The notes beneath the pieces were generated by a model that saw only the letters and a program-made list of their open reading frames with translations, searched no databases and had not been told where the DNA came from. This document shows, in pieces, positions 1-10,558 of a stretch of DNA of 57,303 nucleotides. How positions within the stretch are numbered: the first letter of the stretch is position 1; every line of letters starts with the position of its first letter. This stretch comes from an uncultured Dehalococcoidia bacterium (GTDB lineage: Bacteria > Chloroflexota > Dehalococcoidia > UBA2247 > RBG-13-53-26): positions 1-57,303 of the forward strand of contig CAZTYW010000005.1 in the NCBI GenBank assembly GCA_964617695.1, given 5' to 3'. The position numbers and the translations under genes are program-made.

Positions 1-571
<571 letters not shown>

Positions 572-584
572 TTCCTTCCACTAT

Positions 585-600
585 CCAGTTGTTAAGGTGC
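585..600 (-). promoter_or_regulatory. boxA-like antitermination element of the rRNA leader
   Basis: Minus strand GCACCTTAACAACTGG lies between the rrn promoter and the 16S 5' end and resembles boxA (TCTTTGAAAACTG-type). Confidence 0.55.
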
Positions 601-614
601 TATCGCAACTCCTC

Positions 615-644
615 AATCTAACATAGCGAGAGGACACTTGTCAA
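615..644 (-). promoter_or_regulatory. sigma70-type rRNA promoter
   Basis: Minus strand TTGACA (644-639), 18 nt spacer containing TG, then TAGATT (620-615). Confidence 0.7.
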
Positions 645-954
645 GCGGTGCAGGCTTTCTCTCTTCTGCAGACGGCAGGCATTCTGTTCAGCGCCGGTCT
701 CCCTAGATGTGGTTGCCGAGCATCTACTTTGCTCAAGGCACCTGTGCAGTGGGACTCATTCTTCAGAACACGGGATTTCTGGCTCAACAGGCATCCATGG
801 CCTGATTGATGAAAGGCTGAGACTGGCTGTCTCTTGCCAGATTGACAATGCGTCTTTCTGGCTTATACACTATTCGAGGCCGCCTTTTGTGCCGCTACCG
901 ACCGCCTCGCCACTGGGATCCCGTTTTCTATGCTCGAGGTGGCGGAGGTCTGCC

Positions 955-2319
955 TTGAACCGAGACGAGATTGCGGAAGCTTTGAAGGGGCACGAGGCTG
1001 AATACGTGGAGATTCGCCTGGAAGAGAGCCAGGCTACGCGCATCCAGTACCGTGGCCGGGAACTTGAGGACGTCAGTCAGCCCACCAGTAAGGGAGGATG
1101 CGCCCGTGCTCTGGTCGGAGGGGGATGGGGGTTTGTCAGCTTCAATGATCTGAACAATCTGCGGGGAAAAGTCCAGCTTGCGGTGAAGCAGGCCAGGCTG
1201 GTCGGCAGGGGAGTGAGCAAGTTCACGGCGGCAGCACCGACGGTCGACTCAGTCGAAGAAGCGGTCAAGAAAGACTGCTCGTCTGTGCCCCTGGCCGAGA
1301 AGAAGAGGCTCCTTGATGAATACAACGAAGTCATCTGGAGCACTCCGAAGATCGAGACCTCCATCATCGCTTACAGGGACAGGTTGAGGAAGGTCGTGTT
1401 TGCCAGCTCCGAGGGGAGCTATATTGAGCAGAAGAACAGCGACCTGGCTCTCAGGTTCTCTGCCATGGCCAGGGACGGCGGCGATGTACAGCAAGCCGGA
1501 CTGAGCATGGGGAGCCGGGGCGACTTCGGCGAGGCGGAGGGTGTTCACCACCAGGTGGGGGAGATAGCCCAGCGGGCAGTGGACTTGCTGGCAGCGCCGC
1601 AGGCGAAGAGCGGCGAGTACTGTGTTGTGCTGGACCCCGTGCTGGCCGGCGTCTTCACGCACGAAGCCTTCGGGCACCTGTCGGAGGCTGACTTCACCTA
1701 CGAGAACGAGCGAATGAAGGAAATCATGGTGCTGGGGCGCAGGTTCGGCGGTGAGCATCTCAACATTGTCGATGGTGCTGCCGTTCCAAACCTGAGGGGA
1801 AGCTACAAGTACGACGACGAAGGGGTACCTGCAACCAGGACCTATCTCGTCAGGGAGGGAGTGCTTGTCGGGCGGCTCCATTCGCGGGAGACGGCGGCAA
1901 AGATGAACGAGCCGCTCACGGGCAATGCAAGAGCGCTGGACTACCATTACTCGCCCATCGTGCGTATGACCAACACCTTCATCGAACCACAGGGTGTGTC
2001 ATTCGAAGACATGATCGGTGACATCGAAGAGGGCATCTATGCCCGCAACTGGTACGGAGGCACTACCAGTATGGAGATGTTCACCTTTTCTGCAGGTGAG
2101 GCATACATGATCCGCCGCGGCAAGGTGGCCAAGCTGCTGCGCCCGGTGGTGCTGACAGGCAATATCTTCACTACTCTGGCGAACATAGATGCCATCGGCG
2201 ATGATCTGGAGATGAACCAGGGGGGTGGCTGTGGCAAGGGAGGACAGATGCCGTTGCCGGTGTCCAACGGCAGCCCCCATGTCAGGATTCAACACTGTCT
2301 GGTTGGCGGAAGCAGCTAG
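955..2319 (+). CDS. tldD: TldD family metalloprotease
   Basis: HEAFGH (HExxxH) motif, RMTNT and C-terminal GCGKGGQ. Start re-called to TTG at 955 with GGAGGT RBS at 944-949; the ORF track extension to 709 is not homolog-like. Confidence 0.92.
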   Translation: MNRDEIAEALKGHEAEYVEIRLEESQATRIQYRGRELEDVSQPTSKGGCARALVGGGWGFVSFNDLNNLRGKVQLAVKQARLVGRGVSKFTAAAPTVDSVEEAVKKDCSSVPLAEKKRLLDEYNEVIWSTPKIETSIIAYRDRLRKVVFASSEGSYIEQKNSDLALRFSAMARDGGDVQQAGLSMGSRGDFGEAEGVHHQVGEIAQRAVDLLAAPQAKSGEYCVVLDPVLAGVFTHEAFGHLSEADFTYENERMKEIMVLGRRFGGEHLNIVDGAAVPNLRGSYKYDDEGVPATRTYLVREGVLVGRLHSRETAAKMNEPLTGNARALDYHYSPIVRMTNTFIEPQGVSFEDMIGDIEEGIYARNWYGGTTSMEMFTFSAGEAYMIRRGKVAKLLRPVVLTGNIFTTLANIDAIGDDLEMNQGGGCGKGGQMPLPVSNGSPHVRIQHCLVGGSS

Positions 2320-2361
2320 GCCCGCCGAAGGCCTGGCAGAAATTCATGGGGAGCAAAAGGA

Positions 2362-3681
2362 TTGTCGGCTTTCGAAATTGAGGGGCTCCTCGCTCTGGCA
2401 AAGAAGAGCGCTGAAGAGGCCGAGGTCTTTGTGGTTTGCTCCGAGCAGAGCCCGGTGGTCTTCGAGGCCAATCGGCTGAAGCAGTTGCAGACACGCCAGA
2501 GTATGTCCGTGGCCCTGCGTATCGTCCGCCAGGGCAGGATAGGCTTCGCCACCAGCACCGATCTCGATGACTGGGGCACACTGGTGGACCGAGCGGTAGA
2601 GGTGTCTCAGTTCGGTGCACTCGCCAGCTTCCAACTGCCTGGACAGAGTGAGTACCCTCACGTCGACATCTACGATGCCCGGGTGGAGTCCTTCCCCACG
2701 GAGCAGATGATCGACCTCGGTGAGTCCTTGATATCCAGGGTTCGGGGCCATACCCCGGACCTGCTTTGTGATGCCAGGGTGGCCAGGAGCATGGCCTCGG
2801 TGCAGATCATGAACTCCCGTGGCGCTCAGGCGAGTTTCCGCCAGACAGCTTTCCGGATAAGCCTGGAGGGCAATCTCATCCGGAATTCGGATATGCTTTT
2901 CGTTGGAGATAGTGAAAGCTCCTGCCAGCCAATTGAGGACATCGACAACATAGCTGCTTCGGTGATCAGGCAACTGGAGCTGGCCAGGAGACAGGCCTCG
3001 GTATCCAGCGGACGTTTGCCTGTGGTCTTCACCCCGCACGGGGTGGTCAGCGCCTTCGTCGCTCCGCTGGGCGCGGCTTTTAATGGAAGGGTGGTGCTGC
3101 AGGGCGCTTCGCCGTTGGGGAATAGGAGAGGGGACATGGTATTTGATGAGCGGTTGTCCCTGCGAGACGATGGTACCCTTGGCAATCGCCCCGGGAGCCG
3201 ACCCTGCGATGACGAGGGAGTGCCCAGCCAGGTCACACCGCTGATCGAAAACGGGTTGGTGGCAGGCTTCCTGTATGACCTGCAGACTGCCGGCCTGGCC
3301 GGTGCTGAAAGCACTGGGAGTGGTGACAGGGGTGGCGGGAGCGCGCTGCCGGGGCCGTCGACCAGCAGCCTGGTGTTCGAACCGGGGGACGCGGCGTTTG
3401 AGGACATGGTTCGTGATGTGAGCGAAGGGCTGGTGGTGGAGCAGTTGATGGGTGCTGCACAGACCAACATCCTTGGTGGCGAGTTCAGTGGTAACGTGCT
3501 TCTTGGATTTAGAATAGAGGGTGGGGAGATCGTCGGAAGGGTGAAGGACACGGTGGTCTCAGGGAACGTCTACCAGGCGCTGAACAAGGTGCTTGGCATT
3601 GGCCGGGAGGCAAGGTGGGTGGGGTCGGTGTTCACTCCAGCCATTTGCTGCTGCGACCTGACCATTGGTAGCAAGGCCTGA
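2362..3681 (+). CDS. pmbA: PmbA/TldE family protein
   Basis: DDEGVP, GEFSGNV and VKDTVVSGN motifs; no HExxxH; directly follows tldD. Confidence 0.9.
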   Translation: MSAFEIEGLLALAKKSAEEAEVFVVCSEQSPVVFEANRLKQLQTRQSMSVALRIVRQGRIGFATSTDLDDWGTLVDRAVEVSQFGALASFQLPGQSEYPHVDIYDARVESFPTEQMIDLGESLISRVRGHTPDLLCDARVARSMASVQIMNSRGAQASFRQTAFRISLEGNLIRNSDMLFVGDSESSCQPIEDIDNIAASVIRQLELARRQASVSSGRLPVVFTPHGVVSAFVAPLGAAFNGRVVLQGASPLGNRRGDMVFDERLSLRDDGTLGNRPGSRPCDDEGVPSQVTPLIENGLVAGFLYDLQTAGLAGAESTGSGDRGGGSALPGPSTSSLVFEPGDAAFEDMVRDVSEGLVVEQLMGAAQTNILGGEFSGNVLLGFRIEGGEIVGRVKDTVVSGNVYQALNKVLGIGREARWVGSVFTPAICCCDLTIGSKA

Positions 3682-3684
3682 GGG

Positions 3685-4215
3685 GTGATGATAAGAGGCG
3701 AGAAAGTAGTGCTGCGCAGGAAGCGGCTGGAGGACGCCTGGGACGATTACGCGTGGAAACGTGACCCCGAGATGGCTCGTCTTGATGCCACTATACCCCT
3801 GGACCTACCCTTCGCCGTTTACCTGGCCAACTACTCTGAGGAACTGCGCTACGCTGAGGCTACGGATCATCGGTACGCAATCGAGACTCTGGATGGCAGG
3901 CACATCGGCAATTGCGGTTGCTACAACCTTGACCGTTTTAGACAGCAGGCCGAGTTGGGTATCCTCATCGGGGACCGCGAGTATTGGGAAAAGGGCTACG
4001 GCGCTGACGCGGTGAGCGCCCTGGTAGGCCACGTCTTCAAAGAGCGGCACGTGAAGAAGATATACCTTCACACCCTGGAGGACAACGCTAGAGCGCAGAG
4101 GTGCTTTGAGAAGTGCGGGTTTGCTCCGCGTGGCCGGGTTGTCCGTGGAGCGTACAAGTTTATCATCATGGAAATCAAGAAGCCCGAAGCCGAGCCTGAT
4201 GGGACCCGCGAGTAG
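3685..4215 (+). CDS. GNAT N-acetyltransferase, RimJ/RimL family
   Basis: ELGILIGDREYWEKGYG and NARAQRCFEKCGF motifs. Confidence 0.85.
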   Translation: MMIRGEKVVLRRKRLEDAWDDYAWKRDPEMARLDATIPLDLPFAVYLANYSEELRYAEATDHRYAIETLDGRHIGNCGCYNLDRFRQQAELGILIGDREYWEKGYGADAVSALVGHVFKERHVKKIYLHTLEDNARAQRCFEKCGFAPRGRVVRGAYKFIIMEIKKPEAEPDGTRE

Positions 4216-4254
4216 GTCTGCATGGCTGTCGTGATGGATTGGCAGTGCCCATGA

Positions 4255-4290
4255 AAAGAGCTGGCCGCCCCTCCTTGAGGGGCGGCCAGC
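4255..4290 (-). terminator. Intrinsic terminator between convergent genes
   Basis: Perfect 14 bp stem GCTGGCCGCCCCTC (4260-4273) / GAGGGGCGGCCAGC (4277-4290). An A-run on the left gives a U-tract on the minus strand. Confidence 0.8.
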
Positions 4291-4338
4291 CTGGCTTCTG
4301 CTTTCGCTCTGGCCCGGATTCGGCAGACCCGTGCTATC

Positions 4339-5274
4339 CTATTTTTTCTGCTCTGGCGGAGCCGGGTTGACGTAACCCTTGAGCAGGGTGGGCATGGACT
4401 TCTTCACCTCTTCCCAGGTCCACTTGCCGTAGTTGTCCCAGTCCCTGCCGAACATGATTGACTCATGCGATGGTGCCCAGTAAGAGAAGCTGGCACCGGA
4501 GGCGCCAAATATGCACCCATTTATGTGGGCGGCCTCGTCACTGCACAGGAAGGCCGGAATCGTGGCCAGATAGTCTGCAGTGGCTACGTGGGTCACCTCC
4601 TCATACCGCTCCTGAGTCCAGAGCCCGGACTCAACCCTCTTCTTGTAGCCTGCCAGTACCTCGGGACCCATCGTCATCCTGGTTGCTGCCCTGGGGCAGA
4701 TGGCGTTGACGGTTATGCCGTACCTGCCCAGCTCCCAGGCGCCAGCATAGGTCAGGCTGGCTATGCCGCCCTTGGCAGCGCCGTAGTTCACGTGCCCCAC
4801 CGTGCCCACGAAGGCCTCCGAGATTGTGTTGACTATCCTGCCATATCTCTGCTCTCTCATCAACGGGGCAGCATGCCTCATGGTGTTGAACGTACCTTTG
4901 AGATGGACTGCGATAACCATGTCCCAGTCCTCTTCTGACAGGTTCCATATCATTCTGGCCCGGTCAATTCCGGCGACGTTAACCAGAATGTCGATCCTGC
5001 CGAAGTTGTCGACGCAGGCCTTGATCATCTGTTCGGCTGCGCTCCAATCGGCCACGCTGCCGTATTGTGCAATGGCCTGGGCGCCAGACTTCTTGCACTC
5101 CGCAACCGTTTCGTCGGCCAGTGTAGCACCCGAGCCTGTTCCGTCAGTGGCTCCCCCGAGGTCACAAACGACAATATTGGCGCCCTCCTCGGCAAGGGCG
5201 AGAGCCACGGCCTTACCTATGCCGCTGCCGGCGCCGGTCACTACTGCGTTCTTTCCCTTCAGTCTATCAGCCAT
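4339..5274 (-). CDS. Short-chain dehydrogenase/reductase (MFE-2/Hsd4A-like), copy 1
   Basis: TGAGSGIG, VVCDLGG, NVAGI and NYGAAK (YxxxK) motifs. Confidence 0.9.
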   Translation of the reverse strand: MADRLKGKNAVVTGAGSGIGKAVALALAEEGANIVVCDLGGATDGTGSGATLADETVAECKKSGAQAIAQYGSVADWSAAEQMIKACVDNFGRIDILVNVAGIDRARMIWNLSEEDWDMVIAVHLKGTFNTMRHAAPLMREQRYGRIVNTISEAFVGTVGHVNYGAAKGGIASLTYAGAWELGRYGITVNAICPRAATRMTMGPEVLAGYKKRVESGLWTQERYEEVTHVATADYLATIPAFLCSDEAAHINGCIFGASGASFSYWAPSHESIMFGRDWDNYGKWTWEEVKKSMPTLLKGYVNPAPPEQKK

Positions 5275-5303
5275 TCTTAAGCCTCCTTCGCGCTTGATGC
5301 CGG

Positions 5304-6254
5304 TTATTTCTTCTTCTCGTCTGGCTGTGGCGGGGATGGGTTGACATAGTTGACCAGTAGCTTCTCCGGTACGAGCTGGGCTATCTCATCAAACCGCCAC
5401 GGACCTTCCTTCTTCCAGTCCCTGGTCACCTTTGTCTCCACCGTCGGCTGAGTCCAGTGCCCCAGTTCGGTCCCCGCGACGAAGAATATCTGCCCGTTCA
5501 CGTCTGCGGCCGCCTCGCTGGCCAGATAGGCCGCGAACCCGGCAAAGTAAGAGGGATCTGCCAGTTCGTTCATCATCTTGTCGAGTTGGTCAGGCGGCAT
5601 GAGGCCGGCCTCGATTCTCTTCTTGATGCCTTCGATGACTTTGTCGTCGGCGGTCATTCTTGTCCATGCCCTTGGACAAATAGCGTTGGACGTGACGCCA
5701 TACCTGCCCATCTCGCGAGCTACGCCGTAGGTCAGGGTGGCGATACCGCCTTTGGCGGCGGCGTAGTTGAGGTGGCTGGGTCCGCCAATGAAAGCTTCGG
5801 AGACGCAGTTGATGATCCTGCCATAGCGCTGTTCCCTCATTAGAGGAGCAGCGTGCCTGATGAGATTGAACGTACCTTTCAGATGGACACCTACTACCTG
5901 GTCCCACTCCTGCTCCGACATGTTCCAGATCATCTTGGGTTTGTCGATTCCGGCGATGTTGCACAGGATATCGATCCTGCCGAATTTATCGACGCAGGCC
6001 TTCACCATGGCCTCTGCGTTAGCAAAGCTGGACACGTCGCCGTAGTGAGCAACGGCATCTGCCCCAAGCCTCTTGCATTCCGCGACTACTTCATCAGCAG
6101 GGGTCCTGTCCGTGCCCGTACCATCCACAGCCCCACCGAGATCACAGACAACGACGTTTGCTCCTTCCTCAGCAAGCGCAATTGCTATTGCCTTGCCAAT
6201 CCCCCTACCAGCACCGGTGACTACAGCGTTTCTCCCCTTCAGTTTATCGGCCAT
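5304..6254 (-). CDS. Short-chain dehydrogenase/reductase, copy 2
   Basis: TGAGRGIG and NYAAAK motifs; clearly paralogous to both neighbours. Confidence 0.9.
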   Translation of the reverse strand: MADKLKGRNAVVTGAGRGIGKAIAIALAEEGANVVVCDLGGAVDGTGTDRTPADEVVAECKRLGADAVAHYGDVSSFANAEAMVKACVDKFGRIDILCNIAGIDKPKMIWNMSEQEWDQVVGVHLKGTFNLIRHAAPLMREQRYGRIINCVSEAFIGGPSHLNYAAAKGGIATLTYGVAREMGRYGVTSNAICPRAWTRMTADDKVIEGIKKRIEAGLMPPDQLDKMMNELADPSYFAGFAAYLASEAAADVNGQIFFVAGTELGHWTQPTVETKVTRDWKKEGPWRFDEIAQLVPEKLLVNYVNPSPPQPDEKKK

Positions 6255-6394
6255 GCTCAGTCCTCCTTACTTGATGGTTTGGGTCCCAGCACGCTCAGAG
6301 CTTCGCAGCCAGGAGTCTTGCCGTACTTACCTCGCCTTCCAGTCGCCTTTTCCGCTCTGGGGTTGACCCGTGGTCAGATTGGGAACGCAACTGG

Positions 6395-7351
6395 TCAATC
6401 GATGTCTCGTTCTCCGGGTGGGGCTGGGTTGACGTAGTCTACCAGCAATTCCTGGGGCACCAGCTTCTCAATCTCGTCGATGCTCCATTTTTCGTCAATC
6501 TCCCAGTCCCTGGTGAGTTTTCTCACTATTTGTGGATGGTTCCAGATCCCGATGGTGGCTCTTGAAGTGACGAATACGCAGCCGTTGATGTCAGTGGCGG
6601 CGTCACTTGCCAGGTAGGCTATGAATGGGGCGAAGTACTCCGGGTCTGCGCCCTCCTTCCTTGTCTCATCCATTCCCTTGAGCCGCTCCTCTGATATGAG
6701 CCCAGCCTCGATCCTCTTCTGCAGTCCCGCATCCTGCGCATCGCCGACGCTGAGTCTGGTTCGTGCCCTTGGGGCGAAGGCATTGCAGGTCACCCCGTAT
6801 CTTCCCATCTCCCGGGCGATGTCATAAGTCAGACTAACGATGCCGCCTTTGGCTGCTGCATAGTTGGAATGACCCACAGTCCCGGCGTACGCCTCGGAGG
6901 TGCAGTTTATTATCCTGCCGTATCTCTGCTGCTTCATCTCCACGCAGGCATGCCGGCACAGGTTCCAGGTCCCCTTGAGGTGAACAGCCAGCACCTTGTC
7001 CCATTCATCTTCAGTCATGTTGAAGATCATCCTGGGCCTCAGAATGCCGGCTATGTTGCACAGAATGTCTATTCTGCCGAAGCTATTGACACAGGTCCGG
7101 ATCATGTCTTCGGCAGCGGCAAAGCTGGACACATCCCCGTAGTGGGGGACTGCTTTGACTCCCAGCCTGCGACATTCCTCAACAGTGGCATCCGCAGGTG
7201 AAGCGTCTGCCCCGGACCCGTCCATTGACCCGCCCAGGTCGCAGACCACGATGTTGGCGCCTTCTTCAGCCAGTGCCAGAGCGACAGCCTTGCCGATACC
7301 CCTGCCAGCGCCGGTCACTACGGCATTCCTGCCTCTTAACCTGTCCCCCAA
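6395..7351 (-). CDS. Short-chain dehydrogenase/reductase, copy 3
   Basis: TGAGRGIG and NYAAAK motifs; shares the C-terminal YVNPAPP. Confidence 0.9.
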   Translation of the reverse strand: MGDRLRGRNAVVTGAGRGIGKAVALALAEEGANIVVCDLGGSMDGSGADASPADATVEECRRLGVKAVPHYGDVSSFAAAEDMIRTCVNSFGRIDILCNIAGILRPRMIFNMTEDEWDKVLAVHLKGTWNLCRHACVEMKQQRYGRIINCTSEAYAGTVGHSNYAAAKGGIVSLTYDIAREMGRYGVTCNAFAPRARTRLSVGDAQDAGLQKRIEAGLISEERLKGMDETRKEGADPEYFAPFIAYLASDAATDINGCVFVTSRATIGIWNHPQIVRKLTRDWEIDEKWSIDEIEKLVPQELLVDYVNPAPPGERDID

Positions 7352-7388
7352 ACTTGTACTCTTCCCGGCGTATTCCTATGTGTAGCTT

Positions 7389-7814
7389 CTATTTCGAAGG
7401 CAGGGAAACGACAGCCGTGCCTGGGGTAATCTGTTTGCCCTCAGGATTCTGTACCCAAATCTCGCACTCTACGAGGTTTTCTCCACCCTCGGTATACTTC
7501 TTCGTTACTTTGCCACCCAGCGACAGTTTCTGCCCTGGGAAGGCATTGCCTCGGTACTGCACGCTCATTTTCCGTAGCTCGCCCTTTTCGCCGATCCAAT
7601 CAGTCAGCATCTGCGTCAGGAAGGCCGCCTCGAGCCTGCCGTGAACAATTGGCCCGGGGAATCCCATAGACTGGGCAAAGTCCTTGTCGTAGTGAAGCTC
7701 AAAATAGTCACCTGAAGCACCCGCCCACTGTACCAGAGTCCTCGTCGTGGGCGTCTTCTCCACGGTGGGAATGTCCATACCCTCTTTTACATCTTCGAAG
7801 TACAGTTGAGCCAT
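7389..7814 (-). CDS. MaoC-family (R)-specific enoyl-CoA hydratase/dehydratase, catalytic subunit
   Basis: WAGASGDYFELHYD...IVHG is a variant of the hydratase-2 motif with Asp and His retained. Confidence 0.85.
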   Translation of the reverse strand: MAQLYFEDVKEGMDIPTVEKTPTTRTLVQWAGASGDYFELHYDKDFAQSMGFPGPIVHGRLEAAFLTQMLTDWIGEKGELRKMSVQYRGNAFPGQKLSLGGKVTKKYTEGGENLVECEIWVQNPEGKQITPGTAVVSLPSK

Positions 7815-7832
7815 GTATGCTGTCCTCCTTTG

Positions 7833-8255
7833 TTAGTAGCTCATTATGGTGTTGGTACTTATGGCTACGACTTCACCCTTCTGGTTCTTGTGGGTGGACT
7901 TGTAGATCATGAGGGCTCTCGGCCCTTTATCGCTGGACTTGTCCTGAAGCTCGTAGAACTCGTGAGTGGTGGTAAGTGTGTCACCGGCTCTGAGGGGCCT
8001 TTGGAACTCCCAGTCAGTTCCGGCGGCTACGCTCCGCTTGTAAGGTAGAGGAATACCCAGAAATACTGCTCCACTGCTGATCATTGCTGTGGTGATAAGT
8101 CCCGGTGGGGCGATGCCCTTCCACTTGGGGTTGGGATCACCAACGCAGTCAGTATAGAGATTGATCATGTGCTGATCGATCCCCAGCACCTGTTCTGTCT
8201 TCTTGCCTTGCAGGGCCTTTATCTCATCCACAGATGCGTACTTTAATTCAGCCAT
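7833..8255 (-). CDS. MaoC/FAS1-like hot-dog fold dehydratase partner subunit
   Basis: YTDCVGDPNP...APP and WEFQRPLRAGD motifs. ATG at 8255 with GGAGG RBS. Confidence 0.8.
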   Translation of the reverse strand: MAELKYASVDEIKALQGKKTEQVLGIDQHMINLYTDCVGDPNPKWKGIAPPGLITTAMISSGAVFLGIPLPYKRSVAAGTDWEFQRPLRAGDTLTTTHEFYELQDKSSDKGPRALMIYKSTHKNQKGEVVAISTNTIMSY

Positions 8256-8427
8256 ACAACCTCCTTCTGGAAGCGCTACCGGTGCCCGAATGCCAGTCAT
8301 AGAGTAGCCCAAATCGAGGCAGGCTGTCAAACATCGGGCGCTTTAAACGCGGTCGTGAATCTGATAGTATCTAACCTTGCCCGTTGGGAGACTCGACGAC
8401 AACCATGACTGAGAGGCACAGTTGGAT

Positions 8428-8853
8428 ATGAGGTTTGAGAGCAGCACAGACGTCAACGCTTCTCCGGAGGAAGTGTGGGCTGCGGTCCACGATCCTGAGC
8501 AATGGCCTTTGTGGGTGCCGTCTGTGAGGAAGGTGGACAAGGTGTCTGAGGGGCCCCTGGGGATTGGCTCGCAATTGCGCATAGCTGTCAAGGCTGCCTT
8601 GCCAGTGAAGTTGCACATGACGATCAAGGAGTACGTACCTGGGCAGCGTGTCGTGATGCAAGGGAAGATACTGGGCACCAGTCTGACCCGCTTCTACACT
8701 CTGGAACGCGTGGGTGACAAGACCAGGCTTGCTGCCGGAGGAGAGGCATCCGGGGCTCTGGCATGGCTGGTGTGCCGCAGTGGGAAAAAGCTGTCAGATG
8801 ACATTGTGATGGGGCTGAAGAAGCGGGTTGAGCAGGTCGTTGCCGCTGTGTAA
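8428..8853 (+). CDS. SRPBCC/START-like ligand-binding protein
   Basis: VNASPEEVWAAVHDPEQWPLW is a typical polyketide cyclase/SRPBCC N-terminus. Confidence 0.8.
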   Translation: MRFESSTDVNASPEEVWAAVHDPEQWPLWVPSVRKVDKVSEGPLGIGSQLRIAVKAALPVKLHMTIKEYVPGQRVVMQGKILGTSLTRFYTLERVGDKTRLAAGGEASGALAWLVCRSGKKLSDDIVMGLKKRVEQVVAAV

Positions 8854-8985
8854 TTGGGCTGGGGGCTGGTGGGCTATGGTTCTCCTGCAGTCTGGTGGCC
8901 CGTCTGTCTTGTGCGATTGATAAGGATGGGCTTGCGGCGCTGAATCGAGGCATTTATACTAGGAGGCAATTGCACGCAGGAACCC

Positions 8986-10269
8986 GTGAACGAGAGATTC
9001 GACGCCATCGTAGTTGGGGCAGGGCCGGCCGGATGTGCTGCTGCGTACAGCCTGGCAAAGGAAGGTCTGGAAGTGCTGGTGGTGGAGAGGGGCAAGTTTG
9101 CCGGGTCGAAGAACATGACCGGTGGAGTGCTCTACGGGCCGGTACTGGACCATCTGCTTCCTGATTTCGCCAAAGAAGCCCCCGTTGAGAGACACATCAG
9201 TCGCCACGTGATTGCATTCCTCTCGGAGAAGTCTTCAGTTTCGATTGACTTCAACATGGCGGGCTCCGGTGAGCACAACGGCTTCAGCGTTCTAAGGGCC
9301 AGGTTCGACAGGTGGTTTGCCCAGAAGGTAGAGCAGGCAGGCGGCGTTGTAGCCACAGGGTTGCGGGCTGATGACCTGCTGTGGGACCAGCAGCGGGTTG
9401 TGGGCATAGTTGCGGCCGGAGACAGGTTTGAAGGCGATGTGGTCATTGCTGCCGACGGGGTAAACTCCATGCTGGCCCGAAAGGCCGGGCTGGGGGTGAA
9501 GCTGTCGGTTGAAAACGTCAACCAGGGAGTGAAAGAAGTGATAGCGCTGCCCCCCGAGACCATCGAGGAGCGGTTCAACCTGTCGGGAGGTAGTGGTGTC
9601 GCCATTCACTTCCTCGGTTTCTGCACCAGGGGGGTGCATGGCGGTGGCTTTCTCTACACCAATCGGGAAAGCCTCTCCCTGGGCGTGGTGGTGCAACTGA
9701 GGGCGCTGGTCGAAAGCAAGCTCAAGGCCGTTGACCTTCTGGAGAGCTTCAAGGCCCACCCGACGGTAAAGGGACTGGTCAAAGGTGGGACCACCGTTGA
9801 GTACTCGGCTCACCTGGTACCTGCCGGTGGCCTGGCAATGATGCCGCGTCTCTACACCAACGGACTCCTGGTTGTGGGCGACGCGGCTGCCCTGGTGCTT
9901 GCCACAGGCAGGGCCCTCGAGGGAATCAACTTCGCCCTGGCTTCTGGGATGGCTGCGGCCGAAACTGTGAAGAAAGCCAGAGAAAAAGGCGACTACAGCA
10001 GAGCGACCCTGTCAGACTACGAGAAGATGCTGGATGAAGGTTTTGTGCTTCGGGACCTGAAGAACTTCAGCAGGGCCCCCAGGTTCCTGGAGAACCAGCG
10101 AATCTACACCGTTTACCCGGACCTGGCCTGCCGCCTGGCCGAGAAGGTCTTCAGGGTCGATGGAAACGCCAAGGAGACGGTGTGGCGGTTGGCCAGGCGT
10201 GAGATGAAGGGCAAGGTGTCCCTGTGGCAGTTGATTCGAGACGGGATGTCCGCCAGGAAGGCGATATGA
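8986..10269 (+). CDS. fixC: FixC-type FAD-dependent electron transfer flavoprotein oxidoreductase
   Basis: VGAGPAG, GSKNMTGG, ADGVNS, VEYSAHLVP and VVGDAA motifs. Confidence 0.9.
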   Translation: MNERFDAIVVGAGPAGCAAAYSLAKEGLEVLVVERGKFAGSKNMTGGVLYGPVLDHLLPDFAKEAPVERHISRHVIAFLSEKSSVSIDFNMAGSGEHNGFSVLRARFDRWFAQKVEQAGGVVATGLRADDLLWDQQRVVGIVAAGDRFEGDVVIAADGVNSMLARKAGLGVKLSVENVNQGVKEVIALPPETIEERFNLSGGSGVAIHFLGFCTRGVHGGGFLYTNRESLSLGVVVQLRALVESKLKAVDLLESFKAHPTVKGLVKGGTTVEYSAHLVPAGGLAMMPRLYTNGLLVVGDAAALVLATGRALEGINFALASGMAAAETVKKAREKGDYSRATLSDYEKMLDEGFVLRDLKNFSRAPRFLENQRIYTVYPDLACRLAEKVFRVDGNAKETVWRLARREMKGKVSLWQLIRDGMSARKAI

Positions 10270-10544
10270 ACCCGATGAGCATAGAGGAGCGACTGGCGCT
10301 AAACAAGTATGATGTTGACACGGAAGCCCACATTCGCCTGAAACAGGAGGTCTGCCTGGAGTGCCAACAACGAAGCTGCCTCTACGTGTGTCCGGCAGAG
10401 TGTTTCAAACTGCGGGATGACAAGATCACCTTTGATCATGAAGGCTGCCTGGAATGCGGAAGCTGCCAGATATCGTGCGACCAGGAAGCTGTGGAATGGT
10501 CCTACCCCAGGGGCGGCTTCGGGGTATCTTACGAGTTCGGATAG
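10266..10544 (+). CDS. fixX: FixX ferredoxin-like protein
   Basis: CLECQQRSCLYVCPA, CLECGSC and YPRGGFGV motifs. ATG overlaps the fixC stop. Confidence 0.9.
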   Translation: MNPMSIEERLALNKYDVDTEAHIRLKQEVCLECQQRSCLYVCPAECFKLRDDKITFDHEGCLECGSCQISCDQEAVEWSYPRGGFGVSYEFG

Positions 10545-10558
10545 GGAAATCTCGGTTC

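Noticed and set aside
709-954. N-terminal extension of tldD in the ORF track
   Set aside because: No homolog-like character. A strong RBS precedes TTG 955, and the extension runs into the rRNA upstream region.
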